Source: a virus (Duplodnaviria; Caudoviricetes). From it: 64,000 nucleotides of DNA. Shown in pieces: positions 37,006 through 47,643 of the stretch. Each line of letters begins with the position of its first letter. Within the stretch, counting starts at the first letter, position 1. Under the pieces are notes generated by a model. The model was given only the letters and a program-made list of their open reading frames with translations. It made no database searches and was not told where the DNA came from. The stretch spans positions 1 through 64,000 of IMG/VR virus record IMGVR_UViG_3300029305_011953, one strand, 5' to 3'. The translations under genes were made by a program, and so were the position numbers.

Positions 37006-37678
37006 ACGTGTACTTGAACTTTACGGTACGATTGCAGAGGAAAGTTGGTTTGACGACGAAGTAACCCCGCGAATGTTCAAAGATGAGTTATTCGCAGGGA
37101 ACGGCCCCATCACGATTTGGATTAACTCGCCTGGCGGGGATTGTGTTGCGGCGAGTCAAATCTATTCGATGTTGATGGACTATAAAGACAATGTCACGGT
37201 CAAGATTGACGGTATCGCTGCATCCGCCGCATCGGTAATTGCGATGGCTGGTACGAAGGTTCTAATGGCACCCACGGCAATGATGATGATTCACAATCCA
37301 CTCACGGCGGTTTTCGGCAATTACGAAGATATGCAGAAAGCCATTGAGATGTTGGACGAAGTCAAGGAATCCATTATCAACGCCTACGAAATCAAGACGG
37401 GGCAATCGAGAGCGAAACTTTCCCACCTTATGGATGCGGAAACGTGGATGAACGCCAATAAAGCACTTGAACTTGGTTTCTGTGATGGTCTCTTGGAAGA
37501 CGAGAAAAAGGGCGGATTGAACGTTGGTTTCGCCTTCTCTCGGAAAGAGGTCAATAACGCATTTATCAACAAGGTCGTAGCGAAAATACCCAAAGCGCCT
37601 GAACCTCAAATTGAGGAAACAGGGCGTTCCGTTGACGATCTTAAAAAGGCAATCAAACAAATTAAAGAGGTCATTTAA
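36935..37678 (+). CDS. ClpP-like head maturation protease
   Basis: WINSPGGD, IDGIAASAASVIAMAG, MMIHNP, ETWM; GTG start after GGAGG. Confidence 0.9.
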   Translation: MKKFWKWKNQSPTADESGHEKPTERVLELYGTIAEESWFDDEVTPRMFKDELFAGNGPITIWINSPGGDCVAASQIYSMLMDYKDNVTVKIDGIAASAASVIAMAGTKVLMAPTAMMMIHNPLTAVFGNYEDMQKAIEMLDEVKESIINAYEIKTGQSRAKLSHLMDAETWMNANKALELGFCDGLLEDEKKGGLNVGFAFSRKEVNNAFINKVVAKIPKAPEPQIEETGRSVDDLKKAIKQIKEVI

Positions 37679-37691
37679 GGAGGAAAAAATT

Positions 37692-38924
37692 ATGACTTTA
37701 AACGCAATGATTGAAAAACGCAAGAAACTTTTGAACACGATGGATGGATTCCTTGATACCCATAAGGGCGTTAATGGTGTCCTTTCCAAAGAAGACGACG
37801 CGGTATACGCAGAAATGGAACAGGAATTCAAAGACCTGACGACCGAAATTCAGCGTATGCAACGCCGTGAAGAAATGGAGCGTGAGATGAATAAACCCAT
37901 CAATACGCCCATTACAGAAAAGCCTATGAACGTACCTTCCACGGAAGCGGAAGAAAAAAAGGGCAGAGCATCCAAAGCCTACAACAAGGCGTTCTGGAAG
38001 AAGACGAGAGAAAGAACGGGTTTTGATACCCTTTCCGTTGAAATGAAGAACGCATTGCAAGAAGGCACGGATTCCGAAGGTGGCTACCTTGTACCCGACG
38101 AGTTTGAAAATACGCTCGTTCAATCCCTTGAAGAAGAGAATATCGTCAGAAAGTTGGCGCATACGTTCACGACTTCCGCAGGTGATAGAAAAATTCCTAT
38201 CGTTACGACGAAGGGTACGGCAGCGTGGACGGGTGAGGAACAAGCCTACCACGAAAGCGATGACACGTTCGGTCAACAGAGTATCGGTGCGCATAAGGTA
38301 ACGACCCTTATTAAAGTATCCGAAGAACTTCTTAACGACTCGGCGTTTGACCTTGAAGGTTATTTCTCGACCGAGTTTGCCCGTCGTATCGGCAACAAGG
38401 AAGAAGAGGCGTTCCTTTTGGGTGATGGCGATAATAAGCCCTTGGGTATTCTCTCTGAAACGGGCGGTGCGGAAATCGGCGTAACGACCGCATCTGCAAC
38501 GGCGATTACGGCAGACGAACTCATCGACTTGTTCTACAGCCTTAATTCTGCATACAGAAAGAACGCAGTATGGCTTTTGAACGACAGCACGATGAAGGTT
38601 ATCCGTAAGTTGAAGGACAGCAGCGGTCAGTATTTGTGGCAACCCGCACTTCACGAAGGCGGTCACGAGACCTTGCTTGGCAAGCGTATCTACACCTCGC
38701 CTTACTTCCCTGAAGTGGCATCGGGCAACAAAACGGTCGCATTCGGCGATTTCTCGTTCTATTGGATTGGTGACCGCCAAGGCATCAATTTCCGCAGATT
38801 GAACGAACTTTACGCTACCACGGGGCAGGTTGGGTTCATTGCCTCCAAACGTTTGGACGGTAAACTCATTCTTCCCGAAGCGGTCAAGGTTCTTCAACAG
38901 AAAGGTGGCACGACTACCGCCTAA
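37692..38924 (+). CDS. HK97-fold major capsid protein
   Basis: EGGYLVPDEF, VSEELLNDS, LLGKRIY, FGDFS; N-terminal coiled-coil delta-like domain. Confidence 0.92.
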   Translation: MTLNAMIEKRKKLLNTMDGFLDTHKGVNGVLSKEDDAVYAEMEQEFKDLTTEIQRMQRREEMEREMNKPINTPITEKPMNVPSTEAEEKKGRASKAYNKAFWKKTRERTGFDTLSVEMKNALQEGTDSEGGYLVPDEFENTLVQSLEEENIVRKLAHTFTTSAGDRKIPIVTTKGTAAWTGEEQAYHESDDTFGQQSIGAHKVTTLIKVSEELLNDSAFDLEGYFSTEFARRIGNKEEEAFLLGDGDNKPLGILSETGGAEIGVTTASATAITADELIDLFYSLNSAYRKNAVWLLNDSTMKVIRKLKDSSGQYLWQPALHEGGHETLLGKRIYTSPYFPEVASGNKTVAFGDFSFYWIGDRQGINFRRLNELYATTGQVGFIASKRLDGKLILPEAVKVLQQKGGTTTA

Positions 38925-38941
38925 CACAAGGAGGATAAGCT

Positions 38942-39232
38942 ATGCTCGAACTTAAGGAAACGAAAGAGTTCTTGCGAATAGATGGGGATGAGGAAGATAA
39001 CCTCATCTCCACGCTTATTCTCACAGCCCAAACGTTGACCGAGGACGTAATACGCCAAAAATTATCGGAATTCGAGGAAGTACCTGAACCTATCCACCAA
39101 GCAATGTTGATTTTGGTTGGAACGCTCTACGAAGAAAGGCAAATCTCGAAAGAAAAGTCGGGTGTTGATATCAAAGAAACACTCGATTTAGTTCGTCGGA
39201 TGTTGTTTGCGTATAGGAGGACAATGTTTTGA
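38942..39232 (+). CDS. Head-tail connector (gp6-like)
   Basis: LKETKEFLRIDGDEEDNLI...IHQAMLILVGTLYEER. Confidence 0.85.
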   Translation: MLELKETKEFLRIDGDEEDNLISTLILTAQTLTEDVIRQKLSEFEEVPEPIHQAMLILVGTLYEERQISKEKSGVDIKETLDLVRRMLFAYRRTMF

Positions 39233-39579
39233 AAATCGGTAGACTAAATCGGCGGATAGATGTTTTGGAATATAAAACCAAGCGCGACGAGTATGGCGGC
39301 GAGGAAGGCAAGTGGGAAATAACGGACACACTCTGGGCGAGTATCGAACCCGTAAGTGGAACAGAATTTTTCCAAGCCCAAACCGTCAATGCGGAAACCG
39401 TTGTAAAGATTACCGTGCGGTATAATCCCAAGATTACCGTGTTGAACAGAATCCAATATCAAGGCACCGTGTACGAGATTATTGGCGTAATTGATAGTCA
39501 TACGGCGCACAGGGCTACGGTATTAAATTGCAAGGAGAGAGTGAACGATGGGTTATGCAGCAAAGCAGAAGAAGGTTAA
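39229..39579 (+). CDS. Head closure/head-tail adaptor protein
   Basis: MKIGRLNRRI...LWASIEPVSGTEF...KITVRY. Confidence 0.85.
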   Translation: MKIGRLNRRIDVLEYKTKRDEYGGEEGKWEITDTLWASIEPVSGTEFFQAQTVNAETVVKITVRYNPKITVLNRIQYQGTVYEIIGVIDSHTAHRATVLNCKERVNDGLCSKAEEG

Positions 39580-39943
39580 GGTTGGTATTGAAGGTGCGGA
39601 TAAAATCGTGAAGGAATTAAAAGCGATGGAAGAGAACGCATCCGACGTGCTTATGCAGGGGGCAAAGGCAGGTGGGAAGATAGCACTTGCTGATGCTCGG
39701 CAGAATTGCCCTGTGGATACAGGCGCATTAAAAGCAAGCCTTGATTTGACGGAAATGAAAGCAACGGCAACGAAGGCAACTGTAAAAGTTGACTACGATA
39801 AATCGCTCCAATATGGAACGCATGTCGAACTTGGTGCAAGGGGCAGACCAGGCAATCCTTTTTTGCGTAATGCGGTGGATAAAAATATCGACCAAATTAA
39901 CAGAGAAATTGTCAACGTGATTTCCAAGGCGGTGGGGAGGTAA
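39548..39943 (+). CDS. HK97 gp10-family tail-completion protein
   Basis: CPVDTGALKAS...YGTHVELG...PFLRNA. Confidence 0.85.
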   Translation: MGYAAKQKKVKVGIEGADKIVKELKAMEENASDVLMQGAKAGGKIALADARQNCPVDTGALKASLDLTEMKATATKATVKVDYDKSLQYGTHVELGARGRPGNPFLRNAVDKNIDQINREIVNVISKAVGR

Positions 39944-39945
39944 GA

Positions 39946-40356
39946 ATGAAGGATATTTGTCAAGCGCTCTACGAGTATTTGAGTGGAATAACGGAAATCC
40001 AAGACCGAGTGCAAGGACGAGTTTATCCCATTCTTCTTCCGCAAGATAAACCCCTTCCAGCAATTGTTTATTCGCCTGTTATAGCGAATTACGATTCCGC
40101 TTTGCAAGGGGATACGGGTTTCGTCAAGCAAACGATTCAGTTTGTTTGCCATGACACGACCTATAAACGAACGAGGGAATTATCCCGAATGCTGAAACGA
40201 GCATTCCAGGATTTCCACGGAGATATGTGCGGGTTGTTTATTCAAGCCGTATTTATCAAAAGTGATTACGAGTACAACGCAAATACGTCTCTTAAATTTG
40301 ATATGGGAGAGTATATGTCAAGTCTCGAATTTGAATTCTTTTTCAATGAAAAATAA
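39946..40356 (+). CDS. Tail terminator (DUF3168-like)
   Basis: RVYPILLPQD..LPAIVY; module position. Confidence 0.75.
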   Translation: MKDICQALYEYLSGITEIQDRVQGRVYPILLPQDKPLPAIVYSPVIANYDSALQGDTGFVKQTIQFVCHDTTYKRTRELSRMLKRAFQDFHGDMCGLFIQAVFIKSDYEYNANTSLKFDMGEYMSSLEFEFFFNEK

Positions 40357-40370
40357 TAGGAGGAACAATT

Positions 40371-40769
40371 ATGGCTATTGCAGGTAAGAACGGTAAAGTC
40401 GTGATCGGCGGAAGTTCTGAAAAGGTAGTTGGTATTAAGAACTGGTCGTTGGAGCTTTCGTTGGAAACGCTTGAAACTACCGCCCTTGGTGATGATTGGA
40501 AAAATTATATCACGGGCTTGAAAGAATGGACGGCAAGTTCCGAAGGCGATTATAACGTACCGTCGGATACGGCTGGTCAAGAAGCGTTACAGACGGCATT
40601 CCTGAACGGCGAAACCGTAACGGTCAAACTGTACGTGGACGGAAAGAACTATTACCAAGGCGAGGCTTATATTTCGAGCCTTTCCATTGAAGACCCTGTG
40701 GACGACGTCGTAACAATTAGCATTGAGTTCACGGGTTCGGGCGCACTTTCCTTTGAAAAGGGCGTATAA
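40371..40769 (+). CDS. Major tail tube protein
   Basis: LETTALGDDWKNYITGLKEW, VTISIEFTGSGAL. Confidence 0.8.
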   Translation: MAIAGKNGKVVIGGSSEKVVGIKNWSLELSLETLETTALGDDWKNYITGLKEWTASSEGDYNVPSDTAGQEALQTAFLNGETVTVKLYVDGKNYYQGEAYISSLSIEDPVDDVVTISIEFTGSGALSFEKGV

Positions 40770-40786
40770 ACAAAAAGGAGTAAATT

Positions 40787-41104
40787 ATGAAGAAAGGTGT
40801 AACGATTCAACTTGATAAACCCAGAACCCTTCGCTACGGCATCAATGCTCTTGCGAAAATCGAAGATATCATCGGCAGACCTATTATGGGTCTTGACCTT
40901 GAAAAGCTCGGCATCAAAGAACTGCTTGCGATTGTTTACGCAGGTCTTTATCACGAAGATAAAAACCTCACGGTTTCCAAGGTCGGCGATTTGATTGATG
41001 ATTATTCCGACTTAAACGAAATTGCTGAAAAACTCGGCGAAGCGTTGACGGAGGCATTCGGTAAACCCAAGACGGAAACGGCGGAGGATACCACGGGGGA
41101 ATAA
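40787..41104 (+). CDS. Tail assembly chaperone (gpG-like)
   Basis: Between tail tube and tape measure; ends at slippery GGGGGAA then TAA. Confidence 0.75.
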   Translation: MKKGVTIQLDKPRTLRYGINALAKIEDIIGRPIMGLDLEKLGIKELLAIVYAGLYHEDKNLTVSKVGDLIDDYSDLNEIAEKLGEALTEAFGKPKTETAEDTTGE

Positions 41105-41418
41105 ACGCCGCCACTTTTGACTTATCTAACTTCTGTGATAGGGCTGTCGTGCAACTTGGTATTGACCCGTTGATAATTGGCGAATATACGCCTTACGAGT
41201 TAGTGCTTTTAGCCAAGCAAAAGAGGGAACGTGAGCAACAGCAGTTTGAAAACGACCTTGTTTTGGCTTGGCATATCGAGGCTTTCGGTAGGCAAAAACG
41301 TCTGCCGAAACTTGAAAAAATATTAAAAGATGCACGGCGAAAGCCCAAGAAAACAGACAGTCGGAGTGATGCCATTTTGAAAGCAATGGCGGCGGAAAAA
41401 GGAGTAATTATCGAATAG
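41095..41418 (+). CDS. -1 frameshift extension of the tail chaperone (gpGT-like)
   Basis: The -1 frame is open from GGGGGAA (41095-41101) through ORF 41149-41418. Confidence 0.7.
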   Translation, partial: GGINAATFDLSNFCDRAVVQLGIDPLIIGEYTPYELVLLAKQKREREQQQFENDLVLAWHIEAFGRQKRLPKLEKILKDARRKPKKTDSRSDAILKAMAAEKGVIIE

Positions 41419-41429
41419 GAGGGGAATAG

Positions 41430-44117
41430 ATGGCAGTAATAAGAAACCTTGTTGTGAAGATTGCAGCCGACATCTCTTCGCTATCGAAAGGACTACAAAA
41501 CGCGCAAAAGCAAATCCAGAAAGTTTCGGCGGGTTTTACAAAGGCAGGTACGAAGTTAACGGCAGGAATAACTGCGCCTTTATTGGCGTTAGGGGGAACT
41601 GCTATTAAAATTTCAAAGGATTTCGAGCAATCAATGGCAAACGCCGCATCTGTTTCGGGTGCGACGGGCGAAGAACTCCAAGAAATGACAGACCTTGCTC
41701 GTCGAATGGGTGCAAAAACGGTCTTCTCGGCATCCGAGGCGGCAGACGCACTTTATTATATGGCATCGGCGGGTTATAAAGTCGACCAGATGTCAAGCTC
41801 TATCGAGGCAACGCTGAACCTTGCATCTGCAACCCAAAGTGACCTTGCATTTACAACCGATACCGTTATTTCGGCTCTCAACCAGTTCGGGTTGGAGGCG
41901 AGTTCAGCAGAGCGTGTAACGAACGTTTATGCCGCCGCTATCGGTGCATCAATGGCGAGTATGGATAAACTATCCACATCAATGGGGTATATTGGCCCCG
42001 TGGCGCATAGCCTTGGATGGGAAATTGAAGAAGTCACGGGTGCGCTTTCGGTTTTGTATAATGCAGGTTATGACGGCTCAACGGCAGGTACTTCGTTAAG
42101 ACAGGCGCTTGTGGCATTGATGAACCCGACTTCATCGGCAATTAAGGTTTTTGATGAGTTGGGTATCAATTTGGAACAACTTGACCCGACATCAAACGAC
42201 CTTGCCTCAATTTTGGATACGCTTTCTGCGGCTGGAATGACAACTGCCCAAGCAATGGAAGTTTTCGGCGCAAGGGCAGGTCCTGGTATGTTGGCATTGA
42301 TGAGCGCCGGTGGTGATGCCGTTCGTGATATGACGGCGGCGGTCACGGGGACAAACAAAGCCAACGAAATGGCTGCACAACAATTGGATACCTTGGAAGG
42401 GCAATGGGCGGAATTAACCTCCCAATTGGAAGAAATCGCCATTATGTTCGGTGACGTTTTAATTCCAATTATAAGGCAATTAATAACGAAATACATCACG
42501 CCACTCACAACTAAATTAATGGGAATGAGTATGGGGACAAGAAAAAACGTCGTTGTTATTGCTTTGTTGGCGGCGGCGATTGGCCCCTTGTTGCTTGTGA
42601 TGGGGAAACTTATATCAAGCGTAGGGATGATTGCGAAGGTTGCTTCTGTTCTCTTCTCGAAGGTTGGCTTAATTATTATGATTATTGCCGCCGTTATCGG
42701 GGTGTTGATTTATCTTTGGAAAACGAATGAGGATTTCCGAAACTTCGTCAAAAAGGTATGGGATCAGATAAAGAAATTTATTCTTTCTGCGGTTGAAAAA
42801 GTCAAGTCGTGGTGGGATAAAAACGGCGAGAAAATAATCAATGAAGCAAAGAAAGCCTTGCAAGCGTTGTGGAATACGGTCAAGTATATTTTCTCGCTTA
42901 TTTGGAAAATCGTCGTTGAAGTTTTCGGTATCGTCAAGGATATAGTTTTAGACGTTTTGTCTTTAATTGCACAGTTCTGGCAACAGTATGGTGCGAAGAT
43001 ATGGGCAACGGTAAAAAATCTGTTCACGCAGATTTGGAGTATCGTCAAAACCTGCCTTGATATTATCGTGGATGCGGTATTGAAATTTTTAACGTATGTA
43101 CGACCGATATGGGAAAATATCAAGTCCTTATTTGCCTCGCTTTGGGATACAATCGTTCAACTTTACGAAACGTTAAAGCCGATTTTTGAACTTATCGGTG
43201 GGGTGGTCTTGTCGCTTTTAGGCGTTGTCGTTGGCGTGGTTGACGGCATTATTTCTGCACTTGGCCCCTTAATCCAAGCGGTGATAGACGTTGGTAAGGC
43301 GGTGTTTGACATTGTCAAGATGGTTTGTGCCTTACTTCGTGGTGACTGGGCAGAGGCTTGGGAATATATGAAGAGCTTTGCCCTTAATATCTGGTCAGCA
43401 ATAAAGAATATTTTCCTTGGAATTTGGGAGTTCATACAAGGATTCTGCGACGGAATTGGAAAATTTTTCGGGAATCTTGGCGATACAATTGTCAATATTT
43501 TTAAGGCTGCCTGGGAAGGCATATCCTCGTTCTTCGTAAATCTCTGGGACGGTATCTGTTCCGTTTGCGGTTGGATTTGGGATAAAATTACGGGGTTGTT
43601 TTCAAGTATTGGCGATTTCTTTGCGGATATTATTGCCGATGCGTTCAATTGGGGTAAGAACCTAATTCAAAACATAGGTGACGGTATCGAGGCTGCTTGG
43701 GATTGGGTTGTTGACGGTGTAAAGGACATAGGTGGAGCTATCAAGGACTTCCTTGGGTTCGGTTCACCGACAAAGAAAGGACCAGGACATACCGCCGACG
43801 AATGGATTCCAAACCTAATGGAAATGATGGCGATGGATATGTATGCAAATATCCCGCTTATCCAAAGAGCAGCAATTCAAGTGGCATCTGCCTTGAACCC
43901 GACTTCGCCAAATAAGGCGGTGGTTGGAACAGGCAGCAGTCCTTATGGAGACCTTTTGAACGGTTTATTGCAAGGTATGGTTGCAACCAATAATCCAGGA
44001 GGCGAAGAGAAAAACGAAATCGTTATGGAACTTGATGGTCAGACGTTTGCGCGTTTGATTGTTCCAAAATTAACGAGAGAATATAAACGAAATGGTGTCT
44101 TTTTGAAGGAGGTATAG
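41430..44117 (+). CDS. Tape measure protein (TP901-like core)
   Basis: FEQSMANAASVSGATGEEL, AGYDGSTAGTSLR, W-periodic amphipathic repeats, FGSPTKKGP. Confidence 0.9.
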   Translation: MAVIRNLVVKIAADISSLSKGLQNAQKQIQKVSAGFTKAGTKLTAGITAPLLALGGTAIKISKDFEQSMANAASVSGATGEELQEMTDLARRMGAKTVFSASEAADALYYMASAGYKVDQMSSSIEATLNLASATQSDLAFTTDTVISALNQFGLEASSAERVTNVYAAAIGASMASMDKLSTSMGYIGPVAHSLGWEIEEVTGALSVLYNAGYDGSTAGTSLRQALVALMNPTSSAIKVFDELGINLEQLDPTSNDLASILDTLSAAGMTTAQAMEVFGARAGPGMLALMSAGGDAVRDMTAAVTGTNKANEMAAQQLDTLEGQWAELTSQLEEIAIMFGDVLIPIIRQLITKYITPLTTKLMGMSMGTRKNVVVIALLAAAIGPLLLVMGKLISSVGMIAKVASVLFSKVGLIIMIIAAVIGVLIYLWKTNEDFRNFVKKVWDQIKKFILSAVEKVKSWWDKNGEKIINEAKKALQALWNTVKYIFSLIWKIVVEVFGIVKDIVLDVLSLIAQFWQQYGAKIWATVKNLFTQIWSIVKTCLDIIVDAVLKFLTYVRPIWENIKSLFASLWDTIVQLYETLKPIFELIGGVVLSLLGVVVGVVDGIISALGPLIQAVIDVGKAVFDIVKMVCALLRGDWAEAWEYMKSFALNIWSAIKNIFLGIWEFIQGFCDGIGKFFGNLGDTIVNIFKAAWEGISSFFVNLWDGICSVCGWIWDKITGLFSSIGDFFADIIADAFNWGKNLIQNIGDGIEAAWDWVVDGVKDIGGAIKDFLGFGSPTKKGPGHTADEWIPNLMEMMAMDMYANIPLIQRAAIQVASALNPTSPNKAVVGTGSSPYGDLLNGLLQGMVATNNPGGEEKNEIVMELDGQTFARLIVPKLTREYKRNGVFLKEV

Positions 44118-44118
44118 G

Positions 44119-44475
44119 GTGGAATTTTTAAGATTAAACGGTAAAGCCATCAAAGCGCCGAAAGAAATCACAATCTCGCCTGAAAACCTTGATAAGGCGG
44201 AAAGAACAATGGACGGAACGATGGTGGTTGACATCATCGGTACGAAAAGGAAGATTGATGCCTCTTGGGAATACCTCTCGAAAGAAGATATGGCGATTTT
44301 GGCAAATGCAACACGGAAAGAAACTTTTACGCAGGTAACCTTCCACGACAAAACTACGGCAGAACTTATTACGATAACCGCAAGAGCAGAGGGGCTTACG
44401 TATAGCCCTTTCTACGACTGGGCGAAGGATAAACTTCTGTGGAAAGGTGTGGCGGTTACCTTTAAGGAAAAGTAA
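44119..44475 (+). CDS. Distal tail/baseplate protein (DUF6711-like)
   Basis: AERTMDGTMVVDIIGTKRKIDASW; directly after the tape measure gene. Confidence 0.65.
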   Translation: MEFLRLNGKAIKAPKEITISPENLDKAERTMDGTMVVDIIGTKRKIDASWEYLSKEDMAILANATRKETFTQVTFHDKTTAELITITARAEGLTYSPFYDWAKDKLLWKGVAVTFKEK

Positions 44476-44485
44476 GGAGGGGAGT

Positions 44486-46261
44486 ATGGAATATTCAGAC
44501 AATCCTCGCAAAATTTACGGAAAAGTCGAAATCGTCTATTCGGATGCGGATATCAGTAAAGACCTTGAAACGACCGAAAGCGGAAATTCTGAAATCAGCC
44601 ATCCGCAGGAAATTTATCGTGGGTATGCAACGCCCACAGTACGTGCTTGCACGATGGACGGGAACTGTACTATGGACGGGTCTTGGTTTATGATAGACGA
44701 TTCGTGCAAATGTGGGTGGTGGAGTGGCTCACTTTCCGATGGGAATGGTGTGTTTGCAACGCCACCTTTTATTGAGCTTGCGTTCGTTCAACGACCTATT
44801 ATTTCTTGGAAAATTAAAGGAGATAGCAAGCTCGAACAGTACCCTGTTGATTTTAGAATTGATTATAAAAGGAACGGAACAATAGTACGGAGCGAAAACA
44901 TAGTCGGGAATGACTTGTTGGAAGTTTTGTTGACTCCAAAAATTGAGGACATTACGTCTGTTCGGATGACTATAACGAAGTGGAGCAAGGGCAATGCGTG
45001 TGCAAAAATAATGCAGTTTTATGAAACCTTGTTTGAAACGTATGAAGGCGATGCGATGCAGATGTTTGAGGTCAACGAGGAACTCGGTGCAGCAGACGGC
45101 AATTACAATATTAACTCTGATACGATGACCGTCTCGATTTATAACGAAGAGCGAAAATTCGACAAGGGATACTTGCGTTCCTTAACGGTGCTTGACCGAA
45201 AGGTGATGCCGTATTTGGGAATAGAAAAGGATGGGAAAATCGAGTATACGGCACTTGGCACATTTTATTCCGACGAATGGCAAGTCAGCCAAGATAGTCA
45301 ATGGGTCAAATGCAACGCCGTCGATAAGTTGATGCGATTGCAGACAAAGACCTATGTGGGTTTTCCTTTGACAAATAACGCTACCATGTACGAGATTACG
45401 GAGGATATTTTGCAGAAGGGTGGGTTAACACCAAGCCAATACATTATATCCGAAGAATTAAAGAATATGGTAGTCCCGATGGCGTTTATTCCAAAAATTT
45501 CTGTTTGGGATGCTTTACAGGAAATCGCAAACGCGGGACTTTGTAAAATTTATATGGATAGGCAAGATAGAACGATTGTCAGGGCGGAGAGTGAAGTACC
45601 GATTGAGGAAACGGTTCGTATTTCTCCGAGCAATATGTTCACTTACACGAGCAATATCACGCTGACGGAATTCGCAAACAGCGTAAATGTGGAATACTGC
45701 GAAATTACATTGTCGGATGATTTAGTGGATACGGCAGAAATCGAAGTTGTTTTGAATCCATATGAAAGCAAAGTTGTTGAATGCGATTATACTTCCGATA
45801 TTGCGTATGCCTCTGCGGTTTCTGATAATTCAAAGGTGCGAATCAGTAATTTTACAAGTGGCGTTAATGCAGGGACTATGACGGTAAGCAACACATCGGG
45901 CGAGTACGCAACGGCAATTATTACAATATCCGGCAACGCAATAGAGGTAAACTCCAAGAAGATAAATAAGCAAGATGCCGAAAGTGTGGACAATTTCGGT
46001 GTAATAGAATATACGCACCCCGCAAGCGAGTTGGTTCAAAGTAGCGAACACGCTGTCCATATCGCAAATATTTTACTTGGAAAAATGAAAGCAAATCAAG
46101 GAAACATCACTACGACGTGGCGTGGTAATCCTGCGTTGCAATTGGGTGATAGTTATGAGTGCGAGGATCGTTTCGGCGATACAAATAAATTGATTTGCGA
46201 GTATAACAAATTTAGCTTTGACGGGGGATTGAAACAAGAAACCCGTGGAAGGAAGGTATAG
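44486..46261 (+). CDS. Baseplate hub/minor tail protein
   Basis: Large beta-rich ORF after the distal tail gene; WRGNPALQLGD C-terminus. Confidence 0.7.
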   Translation: MEYSDNPRKIYGKVEIVYSDADISKDLETTESGNSEISHPQEIYRGYATPTVRACTMDGNCTMDGSWFMIDDSCKCGWWSGSLSDGNGVFATPPFIELAFVQRPIISWKIKGDSKLEQYPVDFRIDYKRNGTIVRSENIVGNDLLEVLLTPKIEDITSVRMTITKWSKGNACAKIMQFYETLFETYEGDAMQMFEVNEELGAADGNYNINSDTMTVSIYNEERKFDKGYLRSLTVLDRKVMPYLGIEKDGKIEYTALGTFYSDEWQVSQDSQWVKCNAVDKLMRLQTKTYVGFPLTNNATMYEITEDILQKGGLTPSQYIISEELKNMVVPMAFIPKISVWDALQEIANAGLCKIYMDRQDRTIVRAESEVPIEETVRISPSNMFTYTSNITLTEFANSVNVEYCEITLSDDLVDTAEIEVVLNPYESKVVECDYTSDIAYASAVSDNSKVRISNFTSGVNAGTMTVSNTSGEYATAIITISGNAIEVNSKKINKQDAESVDNFGVIEYTHPASELVQSSEHAVHIANILLGKMKANQGNITTTWRGNPALQLGDSYECEDRFGDTNKLICEYNKFSFDGGLKQETRGRKV

Positions 46262-46271
46262 GAGGTAGAGA

Positions 46272-47336
46272 ATGGCAACTTGGAAAACTCCAAACACGAG
46301 TCATACGGTTGAAGACCAGGTTACGCCAGATATTTTTAACACGCTGGCGGAAAATGAAATTTATTTGAAAGACACTAAAATCGTCAGTTCGCAGGTTCAA
46401 GATGGTGCGGTTACGAGTACGGAGAGTACGACCCGTGCAAACATCTCAAGCGGTGATACTGTTAAGGTTGCGTTTGGAAAACTGCGGAAATGGTTCTCTG
46501 ATTTTGGTGTTCTTTGCTTTTTAGATAAGGTTGACACCGACCAAATCGAGGCAACTTCGGTAACAATGGGTAAAATTGCAAGCAATGCTGTCTCTACGGG
46601 TAAATTAGACGGACTTGCAGTTACGACGGCGAAAATTGCAAATGCCGCCGTAACGGATGTAAAACTTGCGGTAAACTCCGTCATAACAGAAAAAATACTC
46701 GATTTGGCAGTAACAACATCGAAACTTGCCGACCTTGCAGTAACGAGTGCAAAGCTCGCAACAAGTGCGGTTACAACGGCTAAAATTGCCGATTTAAACG
46801 TGACAACGGCAAAGTTGGCGAATGGTTCGGTGACCACGGCGAAACTCGCTGATGGGGCTGTTACCGATGTAAAAGTGAGCGATGTTGCAGCAAGTAAAAT
46901 AACGGGGCTTGCCGCAGTTGCTACGAGTGGGAAGTATAGCGATTTAACAGGTACTCCTTCCTTTAGCTCGTTCACTTTAACAAGAGGAACTTATACCGTA
47001 GATAAGCAATACAACATTCCTGCGACGGGTTTGTATTTGCCTTTTATCAAATTCACAAACAATGCAGGTTATGTAAGTGTTTCTTGTATGGGTACGTTTT
47101 CAAATAAAACAGGGCAAGTCAATCCAAGTTATAGCTCGATTTCGTCAATATACTATAGCGGACAAAAGCAGATTCAGTTGAGATGTGTTTACGTAAGCTC
47201 GACGGCGCTACGATATGAAGTATACATTTCAAGTAATGCTACCACAGCTCCAAGCACGCTTTGGACGGATTATTCCGATAGCGGGACTTTAGAGTTGATT
47301 ATGTATAAAATCGACAACTTCTCGGCGATTTGGTAA
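46272..47336 (+). CDS. Tail fibre-like protein with about 11 decapeptide repeats
   Basis: K[IL]AxxAVTTA repeats at aa 91-200; LAAVATSGKYSDLTGTP. Confidence 0.7.
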   Translation: MATWKTPNTSHTVEDQVTPDIFNTLAENEIYLKDTKIVSSQVQDGAVTSTESTTRANISSGDTVKVAFGKLRKWFSDFGVLCFLDKVDTDQIEATSVTMGKIASNAVSTGKLDGLAVTTAKIANAAVTDVKLAVNSVITEKILDLAVTTSKLADLAVTSAKLATSAVTTAKIADLNVTTAKLANGSVTTAKLADGAVTDVKVSDVAASKITGLAAVATSGKYSDLTGTPSFSSFTLTRGTYTVDKQYNIPATGLYLPFIKFTNNAGYVSVSCMGTFSNKTGQVNPSYSSISSIYYSGQKQIQLRCVYVSSTALRYEVYISSNATTAPSTLWTDYSDSGTLELIMYKIDNFSAIW

Positions 47337-47354
47337 GTTATAAGGGGTGGAAGA

Positions 47355-47642
47355 ATGCTGACGGTAGTAAAAGGCGATATTTTTGAATTCTGCGTTGCGA
47401 TGTGCAATGTCGACCCCTATGCGGTAAAGAAAGTTGAGTTTTCCAGCCGTGATTTGGGCGTAATCCACGAAGCGTTTTATGACGATGGTGTGTACCGTGT
47501 ACGCATTCATGGTGAGGTTACAAAGAATTTCCCCGTTGGATTTGCAAAATACGATGTTACGGTCACGTTAATCGATGATGAGCGTTTGACCGTGAAAGTG
47601 AACGAGAGAGTTCAAGTCTTGGAAAAACGAAACGAGGTGTGA
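47355..47642 (+). CDS. Small tail/baseplate protein (BppU-N-like)
   Basis: MLTVVKGDIFEF, AKYDVTV; position in tail module. Confidence 0.5.
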   Translation: MLTVVKGDIFEFCVAMCNVDPYAVKKVEFSSRDLGVIHEAFYDDGVYRVRIHGEVTKNFPVGFAKYDVTVTLIDDERLTVKVNERVQVLEKRNEV

Positions 47643-47643
47643 A

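Noticed and set aside
37698-38927. 409-aa minus-strand ORF
   Set aside because: Exact antisense shadow of the capsid gene; no RBS or motifs
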